Under the pieces are notes generated by a model that saw only the letters and a list, made by a program, of their open reading frames with translations, searched no databases and was not told where the DNA came from. Source: Girardia tigrina (lineage: Eukaryota). From it: DNA of 64,000 bases. Below are positions 25,285 through 36,900 of this stretch, piece after piece. The stretch is from the NCBI GenBank assembly GCA_001938485.1, contig MQRK01214315.1:19372-83371 (forward strand), read 5' to 3'. Position numbers and translations under genes: made by a program. The stretch's first letter is position 1, and every line of letters begins with the position of its first letter.

Positions 25285-26354
25285 TGGCGACACACGACCA
25301 CGTGACTCCGAACATCAAAGGCCCAGAAACATTCGACGGATCTGAGACAAAAGTGGAAGCATTTATAAAGAACTTCAACAGATACGCTAAGATAATGGGA
25401 TTTTCGGAGGAAAGGAAAATCATTTTAGTCACGCCAAACATGACTCCGGAGGTTATAATTAAATATGAAACAGCACCCGGTGAAACATGTGAAGAAAAGT
25501 TAAGAGCAGCGTTCTCCAAGGAAAAAACCATACAAAGTTAATGAAAGAAATGTTAGATTTGAGAATTGGCTCCAGCTATTCCACAATAATATTTAGAAAG
25601 GCAGACGAACTAATAGAAAAATTGGTAGAGAAAAAGTTGGGTAAGAAAGAACTATCGAATTTAGTATACGCTAATTTGATAGATGATTAGGATGATGTAC
25701 AAATCAAATAGCCATTCAAGGTATCACGAAATCTGATGAGATTGAAGAAATACAAAAAATAATGTTCGAACATGAGAAAAAGAAAAGAAACGCACCAGTG
25801 GCAGCATATAATACAAAATGAGAAAATGAATGGAAAACAGTGGAAAATAAAAGGAGAACAACAAGACCGCGGAATAGAGAAATTCCAGAAGATACAAGAA
25901 GATATTTTAAAGTCAGGAAAATTACTTGTTGGGTATGTGATGAAGAAGGATATGTTAGAAGAGATTGTCCAAATGTGACATGTAATCATTGCAATAAAAA
26001 GGACACATAAGAACACAATGTTATGAAAACCCGAATAGGTTTAAGGAACGCGAGCAATGGAAACGAGATAATGGAAGAAATCGATGGGAAAATGATAGGA
26101 AAAATAACTCGAATCAAAGATATAGAGACCGTCCGACGTACACAAATAGGAAATATTCAGTAGCGAAATTGAACGAATTAGATGATGATTTGTATGGAAG
26201 AGATGACTCTTCAAGACGGCATTATAGCGACGAAACCAATAGAAAAGAAGATTCTAAAAGACAGGAATATCCCAGAGGTTACAGAAAATTCAGAGATGAT
26301 CAGGGAAACGAAGATGCACGATCACAGGGAGAGGTAATCAGTGTGCTTCATTAG
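25284..26354 (+). pseudogene. gag: Gypsy gag (disrupted), two CCHC knuckles
   Basis: MATHDHVTPNIKGPETFDG..; CWVCDEEGYVRRDC and CNHCNKKGHIRTQC near 25925-26025. Confidence 0.8.
26303..26349 (+). promoter_or_regulatory. -1 programmed ribosomal frameshift signal (G GGA AAC plus hairpin)
   Basis: Heptamer in gag phase; downstream GAAG..TGCAC..GAT/ATC..GTGTG..CTTC stem; the -1 frame is open into pol ORF 26372. Confidence 0.75.
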
Positions 26355-29300
26355 AAAGTCAATGCAGATGTATGTTTGATTGTACGTATGAATGTGTGTG
26401 TGATTGTATGTTTGATTGTATGTATGAAAATATTCCTCTAGAAATGTGGGAATTAGATAGTTTGAATAAAGAAAATAATGAAAAATGTGATAGCATCGAT
26501 TTTGAAAAAGAAAGAAATAAAAGAAATATTACAACAGATATATTCAAAATAGCAAAGTTTGATATAAATTATAAAAAATTGAAAGGACGGCCAAGTGTAG
26601 AATTTCGTATAAAAGATAAAAATGTTCAGTGCCTTTAGATACAGGAGCCCGAGTGAATGTAATTAAAGTGGATTTAATCAAATGTATGAAAAATATTCAG
26701 ATTAGAGAAACAAGAAAGCGGATTCACTGTGTGAATGACTCAGAATTTGTAAATTATGGGACTGTACAATTAAAGGTGATAATAGAAAGAGTACAGAAAA
26801 CAATAGAGTTTTATGTTGTCAAAGAAATAGATCCGGAAATGATTGCTGGTATAGATTGTTTATATAAATTTGGAATGAAACTGAAGAAAGAAGCATCAAA
26901 TATTGATAGGATATTGGCAATTAGAGATAGCCCTTCTGATGAAGATAGATTAAAAAGAATGACAGTATTGTACAATACTACAAGTGACAATCAGCTAATG
27001 GAACTTTTAATAAATTACAGATATTCATGGCTAATAAATGGGATATTGGAAAAACTTCATTAACCAAACACAAGATAGAAACGCATGGAGAATCAGTACT
27101 GGTAAAACCGTATAGACAACCGAAACATTTTGAAGAGAAACTAGATGATATTATAAAACACTTTGAAGAAAACGATATTATCGAAAAGTGTAGTTCTCTT
27201 TGGAACTTTCTTTTAGTATGTGTTTGGAAAAAAGAAAAGCAAGATATTCGAGTATGTGTAGATTTTCGTCAGTTAAATAAAATAACCGTCCGACCAGTGT
27301 TTCCAATGCCAAATGTAGACGATATGTTGAATACACTAAATGGGGCAAAATACTTTATTACTATTGATTTGGGATACATTTACCATCAAGTAGAATTAGA
27401 AGATGAATCAAAGATTAAGACGGCATTCTCAACAAAGTACGGCCAATACTGTTTCAAGAGAATGCCTTTTGGAATTGCTGCGGCCGCAGCAACTTTTCAG
27501 GAGCTAACGGTGAAAATTTTGGGAGATTTGAATTGGAAAGGAACAGTCGCATATTTGGATGATATTTAGATTTTCGCAAAAGATAAGAAAGAACATCTTC
27601 AAAGAGTAAATAACGTATTTGAGAAGATTAAACAATCTGGTTTGAGAATAAATCCGGAGAAATGTCAATTTTTAGTAGAAAAGACTAAATTCTTAGGATT
27701 TATCATAAGTAAAGATAGTATTGAAAGAGATAAATCAAAGATTGACGCGATAAGCAAGTTTCAGAGCCCATCATACATTAAACATTTACGGAGCTTTTTG
27801 GGCTTAACAAATTACTACAGAAAATTTATAAAGGATTACGCAAGATATGCAAAAGTATTGGAAGGTTTATGTGGTAAAAATAAGGATAAGAAACTGATTT
27901 GGACTAAAGAATGTGATGAAGCTTTTTAAAAACTAAAAGACAGAATGATTAAAACTCCAATTTTGGCATATCCTGATTTTGCCAAAGACTTCATTCTTGA
28001 CACAGATGCAAGTTTTGATACGATAGAAGCGGTGTTATCACAGAAAGATTGCGTATGGATCACATAAAATGAATAAATATGAATTAGGCTATTGCATTAC
28101 AAGGAAAAAATTACTTGCAATTTATTAATTCACACATCATTTTAAACATTTCTTGTATGGAAAAAGATTTTTGTTGCGAACTGATCATAAAGCTATTACG
28201 TTTATGATGACTACAAAGAACCCTATCACACCACAATTCCAAACATGGATAAAGTTTCTGAGTGGTCTTGAAATGAAAATGGAATATCGAAAATGTGGAA
28301 AACATTCAAATGCTGATGTAATGTCAAGAAATTCGTGCGAACTATGCAATCAGTGTCAAACAATGCATGAAGAGGCCAAGAAAGGAAAGATTAAAACAAG
28401 AATACTGGCATTAAGTGAAGAATCAGATGGTTTTAAATGGCAGAAGAATAATAATGAAATAAAACAAATAATTGAGGACATAAGTAAAGGCAGAACAAGA
28501 AAATTGGCATTAAAGAATAATATCGTCATAAATCAAGATAATAAATACTGGATCCCAAAGGCAGAAAGAGCAAATTTTATTGAAGAAATGCACAAATTGT
28601 TGTGTCAAGCAGGTTGTAAAAAGATCTATAACTTCCTCCGAGATGATTTCGACATGGAAAATATGAGAGAATTTATAAAAGAAATAATTCAAAGTTGCAT
28701 AAATTGTCAGAAAAGGAAGACACTAACAACGAAAAAAAAGCATATAAAGTAATTAGCGGATGAACATTTCCAGAAAATATACATTGATTTTTGTGGACCA
28801 TTCAAAAGAAATATAAATAGATGTCAATATATATTTGCAATAACTGACCAGTTTAGTAGATATATTAGCCTGAATGCAGCAGCTAGTAAAGATGAAAAAA
28901 CAGTTAGAAAATTGTTATTGGACAGATGAATATGAAATTCGAACCCCCAAAAGAAATCCACGAAGACAGAGGTAAAACATTTGAATCGGTTTTGTTCAAG
29001 GACATGGCGAAAAAAATTAAAGTTGAGGTATTCTATTCGAGTCCATATCATCACAATACAAATGGAATCGTAGAAAGACAGTTTCGAATATTAGAATGAA
29101 GGATGGAGATCATAAAGATTGGACAGAAGTCTTATCAGAAGTCGAGTTTATGTTAAATAGTACTGTACAAGCTACGACAGGCATGTCACCGGCCGAGATA
29201 GTATTTGGAAGAAAACTGAGACATTGGTGGAAAAACATTTACGAAGATAACAAAAATTTGAAAGCAGTTGAACAAAAAACAGAGACAAGAAGAATTTTTG

Positions 29301-29482
29301 AAGTCGGAAACAAAGTATTGATTAAAAAGGAAAATGTCACAAAAGAAGATGACCGTTACATGCGTCCCGCAACAGTGATTAAAAGAAATCATGAAAGAAG
29401 TTACGTGTTACAGCTTGAAGATGGAAGAAGTTTTATTAGAAAAGTTGAAAAGCTAAAGACATTTAAATCGAGGGGGATATGA
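26303..29482 (+). pseudogene. pol: Gypsy pol (PR-RT-RH-IN) with multiple stops and frameshifts
   Basis: LDTGA, CVDFRQLN, MPFG, YLDDI, TDHKA, DFCGP, TDQFSRY and GPY-like terminal motifs. Confidence 0.9.
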
Positions 29483-29882
29483 ATGTTGTATGTTGATTTG
29501 GAAATGTGTCTCTCCTACCCAGATGGATGATTATTATTTGAATTCTTATTATCTAAAAATATCTTATGTTTAAATTTATTTTTAAATTCAAATAATGATA
29601 AAATTTTAAATAAGTTAATTAATTTTTATAATTTCTAATAAATAAATCAAATTAATATTTTTTAAATAATTAATAATCTTTTTAATTTTTATCCAATAAG
29701 TTTTGAGTAAATATTTTAATAAATTATTTATGTCTCCGTTTGCTTAAAATAATAAGAATTAATTCATTAATCAATTTAGTTTAGAATGTAATCATACGAA
29801 AGCTTTGACGAAGATTGTCTTAAGGACAATCCAAATTGTTGTATAAATAAAAATATGAAAAGTCAAATCGGTGTTCTTAAGA
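29478..29882 (+). repeat. 3' LTR
   Basis: Follows the PPT; lacks ~35 bp at its 5' end relative to the 5' LTR; followed by TSD AATTT. Confidence 0.9.
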
Positions 29883-31442
29883 AATTTAAATCTCTCTAAT
29901 TAAATAATAAACATTAATTATTTTTAAATTTTAATAATTTAAAAATTATTTAACATAAGACTTTAAATATAAATTTTTATCTAAAATAAATAAAATTTCA
30001 ATATTCTCCAAATTTAATCTTTTAGTAAAATTTTTAAACCCGCATTTTATTTTTAATCAGCGAAATAAAAATTAACAAAGTCCTCCTTTTAGTATTCTTT
30101 TATATTATTTAATAGTTAATTTATTAGTTATTCAAATAAATCATATTTTTAATTCAAATATTTTGCAAATATATATTATTCATTATATTATTTTTTTTAA
30201 GTCAATGTCAAAAACCATCAAAACACTAGAAATATTTTTTTTATAAAAATCTCATTAATAATTGACGAAAATTATTGTAATCTTCTGCATGTCCTTAAAA
30301 TCCTATTGTATTTAATTAGAATTAGACAAGAATTAGGTAAAAAATACTTTTGATCACTTGTCGGTTATCCGCTTTGTGGTTTAATGCTAATGAATTAACA
30401 AAATAAATTGCGACAAAGAAAATTTCCACTAATTTTTCTATAAAGCAAGTGTCATTATTTATTCTTTTTATTAGTCAAATAATAATCTAACCATGAATGA
30501 ATTGCTCGAAGATAGAAATTAAAATTTTTTTTTACAATGATACAAACTTTTTAAATTTGCATAAAATCAATGAGAAAGTAAATAAAGTTAAATAAAAAAC
30601 TGCCGGGGACAATTAATGAACTCTGAGAACAAAATTCTGAACAACCTTTTCCGTTTTTTTCAATGTTGATAAATTTAATAAACAGAATAAATTAAAAATA
30701 TTGAATATTTTTTAAAAATATTATAAATCGATAGAACTTTTTTTTAAGAAAACTATTCAAATAAACTATAATAAATATTAAATTAAATAAAATGAATAAT
30801 TTTTAAAAATATTAATAATTATTAGCATTATTCATTTTTAGTCGATCAGTATAAATCAATTAGAATCCTTTTTGCGAAATATTTTGATATTTGTTCTATT
30901 TTTTTCTTACGTTTTAGAAAAGTATTTATTAAAAAATCTAAATTTATTAAAATATTATTTTTTTGGAAAAAGTCTGAAATAAGCTTTAGGGTAGTTAAGA
31001 AATATAGAATACCTGAAAACTATAGGATCCAAGGTTTGCTTTTTAAAATTGATTTAATATCATACTTTCTGCAGTAATGCAAAGTTTAGCACAAAAATAA
31101 ACTTTATTGATAACCGAATTAACTTTATCATTAACAACATGAGATTACTCTTCCTTTTATCACTTACGGAATCTCTATAAATTGGAAAATGTTTCGCATT
31201 ACTTCAACCTCCAGTTCTGCTTCCTTAATGATAATCTCAGTTAACAATGATCTCTTTTGAAAGTTTTCTTTCATAATATTTAGTATCCTTTTTCTTTCGT
31301 GCAAATGAAAAAGGACTCATTGCAAATAAATAATTTGAACAAATAGTATTTTTATAACATTTTGAATAATAAAATTCATCAAAAATTAATATTATTATAC
31401 TTAAGCTTTTTCAAACAACATATTCTAAATCGATTATGTATA

Positions 31443-31500
31443 CAGTCGAGTACGGATAACTCAAACTCGGTTACCTTGATTTTTGTCTTAAGTCGAAGTC
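31443..31500 (+). mobile_element. Tigger-type TIR remnant
   Basis: TA-CAGTCGAGTACGGATAACTCAAACTCGGTTACC resembles Tigger ends; no partner found. Confidence 0.35.
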
Positions 31501-31548
31501 CTAAAAATTACCATCAAAAAAAATTTTCGAAAAAAAAGAAAAGAATTA

Positions 31549-33274
31549 CATCGTTTTATGGTTATATAGTGGCACCTTAGTAAATTTTAAAAGACAAAAT
31601 TTTACCCCGAAAGCACCTTAGTAAACAGTGTAACCTTAGTTAAAAGTGGCACCTTAGTAAAACGAAACAAAAATTAAAAATAAAATTTCCATCTTTTTCA
31701 ATTATATTTTTGAATCATCATAATCTTCATCTTCGCTACCAAAATTATTTTCATCCAAGAAAATATCAATGAACTGCTCACGAATACCTTGATCTTCATC
31801 TACCTTATCTTTAGATTCTTCAGATTCATCATCGCTTTCCTCAATAACTACATCTTCAACGTCTTCGTGTTCATTCGGATAAAAATTGATTGTGGTCTTC
31901 TTGAAGCCATTTTTGGTGGCAGAAACTGGAACTGCATCCCACGACTCTTATATCCATTGACAAATCTCTTCGCATAAAGCTCTCTTCAAATTTCCTGCTT
32001 TCGTATATTGCTTATAACCATTAATAATCCAATTTTCCAAATGACGACGTAAATGAGCTTTAAATGATTTGTTGACACTGATATCCCAAACTTGTAATTT
32101 TTTCGTTAATCAACCTGGAATCAGGGTCATTAAGGTTCCAGTTGCAACATATTTCGATTTGACCTCAGCAGTTCGATGTCCTGGAGTGAAGAGATTTTGG
32201 ATTGAAAATTGCCATTCTTCTTCTCAACCATACTTTTTCAAACCACAGAAGAGTTTCACTGGATGTCATGCAAGATTTTTCATTAGCTGATACGATAACA
32301 TTTTGTGGAAACGATCTTTTTGGTATTATTTTGCGGCGGAAAATGACATATGTGGGCAATTTATAATCATCAGCAGTAAAACATAAGACGACTGTAAATC
32401 GAGATTTTTCAGCACCAGTTGTTGCGACGCGAACATTAGAAGAACCTTTTTCGTCAACAATAAATTTTGATGGAATATCAAACGTTACAAGAACTTCGTC
32501 CATGTTACCTATGTGTTGAAGAGAATATGCTTCTTTGTTTTTTGAAACAAAATCCACAAAATTCATCATTTACTGTTCCCAATCATCAGGAAGTTTCTGA
32601 CCAACTGAACTTACTGCACGCACGGTAAGTCTATTTCTCTTCATGAAGCTACTAATCCAAAATATAGAACCTTTAAAATCTTTAATTTTCATTCGTACAG
32701 CCATTCCTCTAGCTTCACTTAAAATTGATATTCCGGAAACATATCCTTCTTTTCTTTGTTTCAGCACCCATTCTTTTAATTTTACTTCCAATTCTGGCCA
32801 TTTAATCGATCGAATTCTCTTCACAACTTTTGCTTCCTTATTTCCTTTGGCTTCCATGAAATCCTTCTCGTTCTACCATCGTTGAATTTGATTGCTATGA
32901 ACTTTGAAATGTTCAGCTGCCTCTGAATGTGAAGAATTTAGAGCGTAATTAACAGCATCCATTTTAAATTGCAATGTCTTTCGAAGTCTTTCGCTTTGCA
33001 CTTGACATTTTTAGAGTATCCCTTTTTATGGTAAATTAAAACTAATTTTCATTTAAAAATAAAATTTTTTAAAAAAGCATAAAAAAACATTATTAAAAAC
33101 ATTATTAAAAAAATTTATTAAAAAATGTAAAAAAAGTATAAAAACATATAATAAGATAGCACCTTAGAAGAAAGTGGCACCTAAGAAGAAAAAACATTAA
33201 ATTTCAGGGTCCAAAAAAAATTTATTAAGGTAGCACATAAGTAAGCAGTGGTACCTTACAACCATAAAACAGGG
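31549..33274 (-). mobile_element. pogo/Tigger transposon (CENP-B-type HTH, DDE_1), decayed
   Basis: KWPELEVKLKEWV HTH, GNMDEV, WDISVNKSFK; TIRs C..GTTTTATGGTT with TA; subterminal gtggcaccttag repeats. Confidence 0.85.
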
Positions 33275-33289
33275 TACGAGAAGTTGCAT

Positions 33290-33960
33290 AAAAGGATAGC
33301 CATACCTAATGAAACAGATTCAACTGTCCATTTTATGAATCATAAAGCATCGTGTCCAAGCTGCCAGAGATATCTAAATAAAATAAAAAAGCCCCTTCAA
33401 GATCTTGAAGAAATAAATAATAAATATTTAGAAAAAAGAAGCATCAATAGAAACTATTTGACGCAAGATCCAATTATTTATCGAAAATTGAACAGTTAAT
33501 TGAACAAAATAAGAATCAAAAAGAAAAATTTTAAATCTCCTAGAAAAACAGAAATAATCAATTGAGACATTATAAAGTAACTTCTAAAAAAATCAACTTT
33601 CTTCTTGAATATTACCTTTGGAAGATGAGTTATTCGAAGAACAAAATATTTTTTATCAAAAGAAAATTGAAAAATTAGAAACCCAAAATGCACAATGTGA
33701 AAAGAAACATTCATTAGAAAATGTGATTGGAAACAATGCTTGAACGTGCAAGGTGATTCATCTAATCATATTAAAGCTTGTAAAATAATATTAAAATTTT
33801 TATCAAAATATTTTAAATATCATTAAAATCTTTGTTTTAAAAAAAAGCATGTTTTTGAGACTTTTGATGTAATAGTTTTTCAACTATATAAATAGTAATT
33901 AATCCCTTTATTTCATTGCACTGAAGATGCCGAAATGATGAAACGCGTCTGTTTTGTAAA
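33290..33960 (+). mobile_element. Penelope-like 3' remnant
   Basis: LNVQGDSSNHIK at ~33740 matches the end of ORF 947 (LNVQSDSSNHIR); hammerhead core downstream. Confidence 0.55.
33916..33953 (+). ncRNA. Minimal hammerhead ribozyme with degenerate stem II
   Basis: tgca CTGAAGA t gccg aaa tgat GAAA C gc G TC tgt. Confidence 0.6.
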
Positions 33961-34033
33961 TAAATTTAATAATCAAAAATTGCCTTTGTTTACATTATTA
34001 TTAAAAGTGCAATTATTAATTCCAGACAATATA

Positions 34034-35534
34034 CTTAGGCTGTCCCAAAAGTCCTCAGGTGGCCTTTAAAAATACACTAATATTTTACCAAATTTAACCA
34101 AATTTGGACTGAATAGTATTCAGACTGTCATAAATACTGTGTTAAAATTTCAAAGCATAAAATTTGAAGCTGACCAAAATAATAATATTATTAAGCAAGA
34201 AAAAAAATTAGATGCAGCGAATTTAAAAATTTATTTAAAAAAATATTTTAAAAATTTCTTAAGCAACAACATATTCCCCATTGTTGTCAATAACCAAACT
34301 GACAATAGTTAAAAAGTTTATCTAGTTGATTTTTTAATGTTTCTGTTGATAAAGAATTAAAAAAGAATTTACAAGCATCTTCATTTTCTTCATGTGATTT
34401 GAAAACATGATTTTTAAAACTTTTGTTCATTTTTGAAAACAAGAATCTGTCCTACAGATTAAAATCTGGACTATAGGGTGATTGATAAACTTTTTCAATT
34501 CTTCTTCTTTCAAAAAAAAGAGTTGTTTCTTTGCTAGAATGAGGTCTTGCATTATCATGCCACCACTTAAGTTCCTTTAGCTTGATGCTGTTAGATCTAA
34601 GTTTCCGCCATTTTTCACCGGTGTCATGAACAAAGTTCACATACGCCTCGGAATCAATCTTGGTACCATATGGTAGTGCTTTTACATTAAAACGTTTGTT
34701 GTAGGTAAAGGTTACGAAAACAAGTGATTTTTTATCAGGCATTGGCGATGGCTTTATCACTTATGGTGGAACAACATTAGAAGGAATCCAAACTTTGTGA
34801 TCTTCTTTCTTTCCTCTACCTTGGAAAAAGACCCATGTCTCATCCTCGATCGCTATGTTGGAATATGCTTTATCACCAATCTATGAAATTACATAGCGTA
34901 TATGCTTTGCAGTGTTAATGCGTTGTTGTTTATTAGCAGCAGAAAGTTCGTGAGGGACCCAAACAGAGCAAACTTTTTTGTAATGAAGTTTTTCACTCAA
35001 AATTTTGTGGACTGAATTTTTGCCTAAAAGAAGTTCATTTTCAATATAACGCAAAGACGCATTTGGAGCTTCATCAATCACTTCTTTGACTGCTTTAATC
35101 TTTTCATCTTCAATTAATGACGGCATGCCACTTCTTGATGAATCGTCGAAGGACGTCCGCTTTTCTTTTTTAAAATCAGTCAACCATTGTTGAATAGTTT
35201 TCAGTGCTGGGTGATTTGCGTCTTCCCATGCCTGCTGAAGTTGCTGAAGAATCTCTGAAGCAGAGAATCTTCTTTTACTTTGAGTTAGAACAAAAAAACG
35301 TTGACAACATTTATTTGGTTCCATTGTTAAAAACCGCTTGATTTGAATTCGCTGCACTTTTAAAATTTCAATACTTTTATAAAACAAAATTTTTCTTTTT
35401 TTTAAATTTTATGCTTTGAAAGTGTAACACAGTATTTATGACAGTCTGAATAATATTCAGTCCAAATTTGGTTAAATTTGGTAAAATATTAGTGTGTTTT
35501 TAAAGGCAACCTGAGGACTTTTGGGACAGCGTAA

Positions 35535-35535
<1 letters not shown>
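34034..35535 (-). mobile_element. DD34D mariner with long (~130-bp) TIRs
   Basis: TIRs 34034-~34166 and ~35403-35535 with TA; WVPHEL, IEDETW, HDNARPH and YSPDFNL motifs; 34-aa D-D spacing. Confidence 0.9.

Positions 35536-35591
<56 letters not shown>
35536..35591. repeat. (TA)n microsatellite
   Basis: Direct; similar tracts near 17165, 23120, 40563, 46678 and 49553. Confidence 0.95.
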
Positions 35592-35592
<1 letters not shown>

Positions 35593-36900
35593 GTATGACA
35601 AATAATTAATTTGTGAATAAAAATAATAAAATAAAGCTAATTTTATTAATAATTAGTTTGTGTATTGGAATAAAGTTTTTAAATTCTCAAAAGCGTGTTT
35701 TTATTTATTGGATAAGGTCACAAAGGCGTCTCTAGCTAAATATAGTGATATCGATTTGTAAATGAAAAAAACTGGAGACTAAAGAAGTTAGAAGACAAGA
35801 AAAAAGTCAAGATAGAATTCGAAAAAAAAGAAATCGAAGAGCCAATACGAAATAAAAGATCGAGAACTTGAATTAAAAAGACTATCTGTAGAAAAAAAAC
35901 GGCGTATTCTACCTAGTGAATCGAAAGCAAACAATGATTCACAACATTCAAATCCTAGAGTCAAGCCAGTGCAACGGTATGCTTATGCTGAGAAAATCGC
36001 ATCATATCTAGAACATTTTGAAAGATGGGCTACTCTACAAAATCTAAAAAGAAGAGTGGGGTATTTTTTTACAACCTTTGCCTACGGGAAAAGCCACAGA
36101 ATCGTTTCTTCGAATGCCAGTAGAAGCATCAAGTAATTATGAAAATATTAAAGATGTTTTATTTAGAGGGTTCAATATAACATCTAGTGAACACTGAACG
36201 ATATATCAATCATCCCAAAAATGACAGCAGAAAACCATATGGAATGGCTCAAAGGACTTTCTATGGAACTTGATAGATAGCTAAAATCGAGATAAGTGAC
36301 AGATTTACAATCCATGGAAGAAACTATTTTAGAAGAGCAATTTTGCAGAAATATGAATTCAAGAATAAGAACTTGGATTGATGAAAATGAATTTCGTACA
36401 GTCAATAAAATAGCCAAAGCAGCTGATAGATACAGTAATGCTCAAAATATTAAAAGTGATTATCTGGAAAAACAACCGAGTGAAGTCAAGTTGAGATTCT
36501 CAACCGTAAAAATAGAAAATTCTATGCGGAGATCCTAATCATTTGAAATTTAACTATCCGAATACAACAGTGAATAATGCTTCGAGGAACACGAACGGCA
36601 TCTTATAAAAATATATTTTTAAAGGAAGTATTGTAGAGAATAAAAATATCAAAATTATTAGAAACTCGGGGGTAACAACTACTGGAGTCCATCTGAAATT
36701 TGACAAAAATCATGAGTATACCAATGAATCTGCGAGTAGATGTCTCGCTACAGGTCAGTTTGAAGAAGCTCCAATTGCAAATCTGGATATGAAGATTGAA
36801 GGCAAAAAATTGTCAATCAATGCCATCATACTAAAAACAAGACATGATATATTGTTAGACAATGATTTAGAAGATGTTTGCGAAATGGTAACAAGACAGA
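35592..36900 (+). mobile_element. Gypsy fragment (Gmr1-like, SCAN-related gag) with candidate LTR 35592-35722
   Basis: IASYLEHFERWA, TGKATESF, LEEQF..IRTWIDE..AKAADRY; protease-like IIRNSG; TG..CA segment upstream. Confidence 0.65.

Larger units (their letters stand above)
24847..29882 (+). mobile_element. Full-length decayed Ty3/Gypsy LTR retrotransposon
   Basis: LTRs 24847-25284 and 29478-29882; 5-bp TSD AATTT; PBS TGGCGAC at 25285; PPT GAGGGGGA; gag-PR(LDTGA)-RT(YLDD)-RNaseH-IN order. Confidence 0.95.
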
